Shown here piece after piece: positions 61,545-64,000 of a stretch of 64,000 bases of DNA (its first letter is position 1; every line of letters begins with the position of its first letter). The stretch lies in contig OZ024758.1 in NCBI GenBank assembly GCA_964016885.1, positions 6,820,001 to 6,884,000 of the forward strand, written 5' to 3'. This DNA is from Eledone cirrhosa (taxonomy: Eukaryota). The position numbers and the translations under genes are program-made. Below the pieces are notes generated by a model, which was given only the letters and a program-made list of their open reading frames with translations, ran no database searches and had not been told where the DNA came from.

Positions 61545-63605
61545 TCTGAAACCCTAAAGTAACAAGACTCACTATTTAGCCTTAATAATATGAAAAAAAA
61601 ATACATATATATATATATATATCATCATCATCATTTTACGTCCGCTTTTACCTGCTTGTATGTGTATATATATATATATATATATATACACTAAATAAAC
61701 ATGTAAAACGATGATGATATATATATATTTATGTGTGTGTGTGTGTGTATTGGTGTAGGCATAGCTCCAATAGGTAGTGGCATGTTTCCAATAACCACAG
61801 TTATGGCTAAGTGGTTAAGATGTTTACTTTACAGCCATATGGTTTTGAGCAAGTGTTTACTATTCTTATGTCAGCTCAATCAATGCCATGTGAATGATTT
61901 TGGTAGATGAAAACTGTAAGAAAGCCTATTGTGTGTGCGTGTGTGTGTGTATATATATATATAGGGCATTTTTAAACCTGGAGGAGCCAGTTTCCTTTCC
62001 AGGTTCGAATACAGCAGATTTCTTCCAGAGAAGGATAGAGAGAGTGAGAGAAAGGATGTGAGAAAAAGCTATGGAGGAAGAATCAAATGCAGTACTAGGC
62101 TGGTACTTTTTTTATCAATCTTAAATGGATGAAAAGCAAAGCTGACCTCAGAAGGGTTTGAACTCAAAGAGCAGAGAGTTGGAATGAATACTGCAAAGCA
62201 TTCTATCCGACGTTGTAACAACTCTGCCAATTCACTGCCTGCTTGTATACAAAGTGTGATATTACATGGCAGTGAGACACGGGCATTGATTTCAAAAGAT
62301 AAACATATGCTAGAAAGAACTGCAGCAAATATGCTCCACTGGATATGTATGCTAATGTACAAGAACATGACACGTGAACTGAGTGAAAAACTGGGCATAA
62401 AAAGAATCAGATTTAGTTGCTGGTACAGACATATAATCTAGAGATGATGACAGATAACTAAAGAAGTTCTAGAAGATCCAAATAAAAGGTAGATACAGAG
62501 GAAGAAATAGGTGGGCAAAAGTAGTGAAAGTTGAACCAGATAGGTGGCAAAACTATGTTGGAGAGAACCTGTCCAACCCATGCATGAAAAGCAGATGTAA
62601 AAATGATGATGTTGTATTTGTCTGTCTATAAAAGAATGTGTATTAATTCCGTTTAATTCAAGACACCAAGCATACATTCACACATGATTGGTTTCAGCCA
62701 ACACAAATTTCTCTTCTAATGCAAATTTAAACAACAATGAATTCCATTCAACTATTTTTTTCCAGCCTGTAACATTTGAGATGTTTGGTGGAACTGAGCT
62801 GCTGACAGCAAAGTTCTGGTCATCATTAGCAGTTCACCTTACCAAGGTGATGCATGTGAGGGTGCCTGGTTGTTTCAGCACCTTAGCCTCGCCATCACCC
62901 GCAGTAATGCTGCAAGTATGTAGGTTTGCCTCAAAAAATTTCCGATGAAATTTGTGGTATATGACGGATTGATGGGGAGGACTTAGTGTTGAATTGATGG
63001 GGAGGATGGGGGAGGGTATTTTCACTTTGATTATTTTTGTGTATTAGATTTGTTTGTGCTTTTGTTGTGGCTTGGCAGTAACGGTAGAGCGTCAGACATG
63101 CTTTGCAGCATAGAGTTACGGCCTTTTATGATCTGAGTTCAAATCCCGCCAAGATTAACTTTGCCTTTCATCCTTACGGGGTCGATAAAATACACTGGGG
63201 TAATTGCTGGCCTTGAGCCAAAAGTAGAAATAATTATATCTCTTTTTATACCCAAGATTTCTTCTCTACACTGACATTCTCCTTTCACCCACAGCTCCAA
63301 TAAAGAATGTATATTTTTCAATTCGATTTTACATTCCTACAAATTCTACTGGTCCCAAGTTCTTTAAAAACGTCTTTAAGAAACCCAGTTTCTAAACCTC
63401 TCCTCCCACCTGAATAACAGCTGATTACTTCCAGAGAAAGCGGAGAAGAGAGAGATGGGAAGAAGAAGAATCGATTCCAGTACTTGGTGCTTTCTTTATC
63501 GACATTGGAGAAATGAAAGGCTAACCTCGGTAGTATTTGAACTCTAAGTGAAGAAAGCTCTATAGAATACCGCAAGGCATTATATCAGATACACTAACAA
63601 CTTTT

Positions 63606-63649
<44 letters not shown>

Positions 63650-63698
63650 TACTTAGAATCTGTTCAAATAATATTTGATCTACGGTTATACATGTCTA

Positions 63699-63729
<31 letters not shown>

Positions 63730-63788
63730 GAGTCCCGAGTTCAATCGGGGGTAACCACAGTAAGGTACTCAATACATTAGTAGAGTGT

Positions 63789-63829
<41 letters not shown>

Positions 63830-64000
63830 CAGTTATAACAGTAACATATACAGGTACTTAAGTTTCGCTAGATCGTTTACCCCAACTTATTCAGCCTGTC
63901 ATAATTAGAAAGAATGCCCTATATATATATTGCTAATACTATCTATCGGTCGCAACTTCAGGTAGAAGGAGCAACGTGAAATAAAGTGTCTTGCTCAAGG

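Noticed and set aside
62834-63025. Minus-strand ORF ending at a GTAAGG donor as candidate EDEM3 exon 1
   Set aside because: The required phase-2 frame contains a stop and there is no signal peptide

Overview
AT-rich, repeat-dense eukaryotic (animal) genomic DNA with long introns, many (TA)n/(CA)n/(GA)n microsatellites, tRNA-derived SINEs, RTE- and CR1-like LINE debris and MITEs. The repeat landscape looks like an octopus/coleoid cephalopod (inference). Hand-splicing at GT-AG sites with consistent phases gives two multi-exon genes on the minus strand. (1) The first 13 coding exons (about 761 codons, 18057 down to 203; the gene continues left of the window) of an axonemal outer-arm beta-type dynein heavy chain (DNAH9/11/17 class). 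(2) 21 coding exons (57207 down to 22889, about 1096 aa) of EDEM3: GH47 mannosidase, PA domain and a long tail ending KTEL; its signal-peptide exon was not found in the window. An intronless 305-aa class A GPCR (49683-50600, +) is nested antisense in a 9.6-kb EDEM3 intron. Between the two genes lie a decayed CR1-like RT and an orphan, stop-free 216-nt fragment of a dynein heavy chain C-terminus on the opposite strand. Other notable items: a perfect 61-bp-arm palindrome, two minimal hammerhead-ribozyme-like motifs, fold-back Penelope-like ends, a nested MITE, and minisatellites repeatedly born inside transposon tails. Repeat coordinates are approximate and family names rest on recalled motifs, not database searches.
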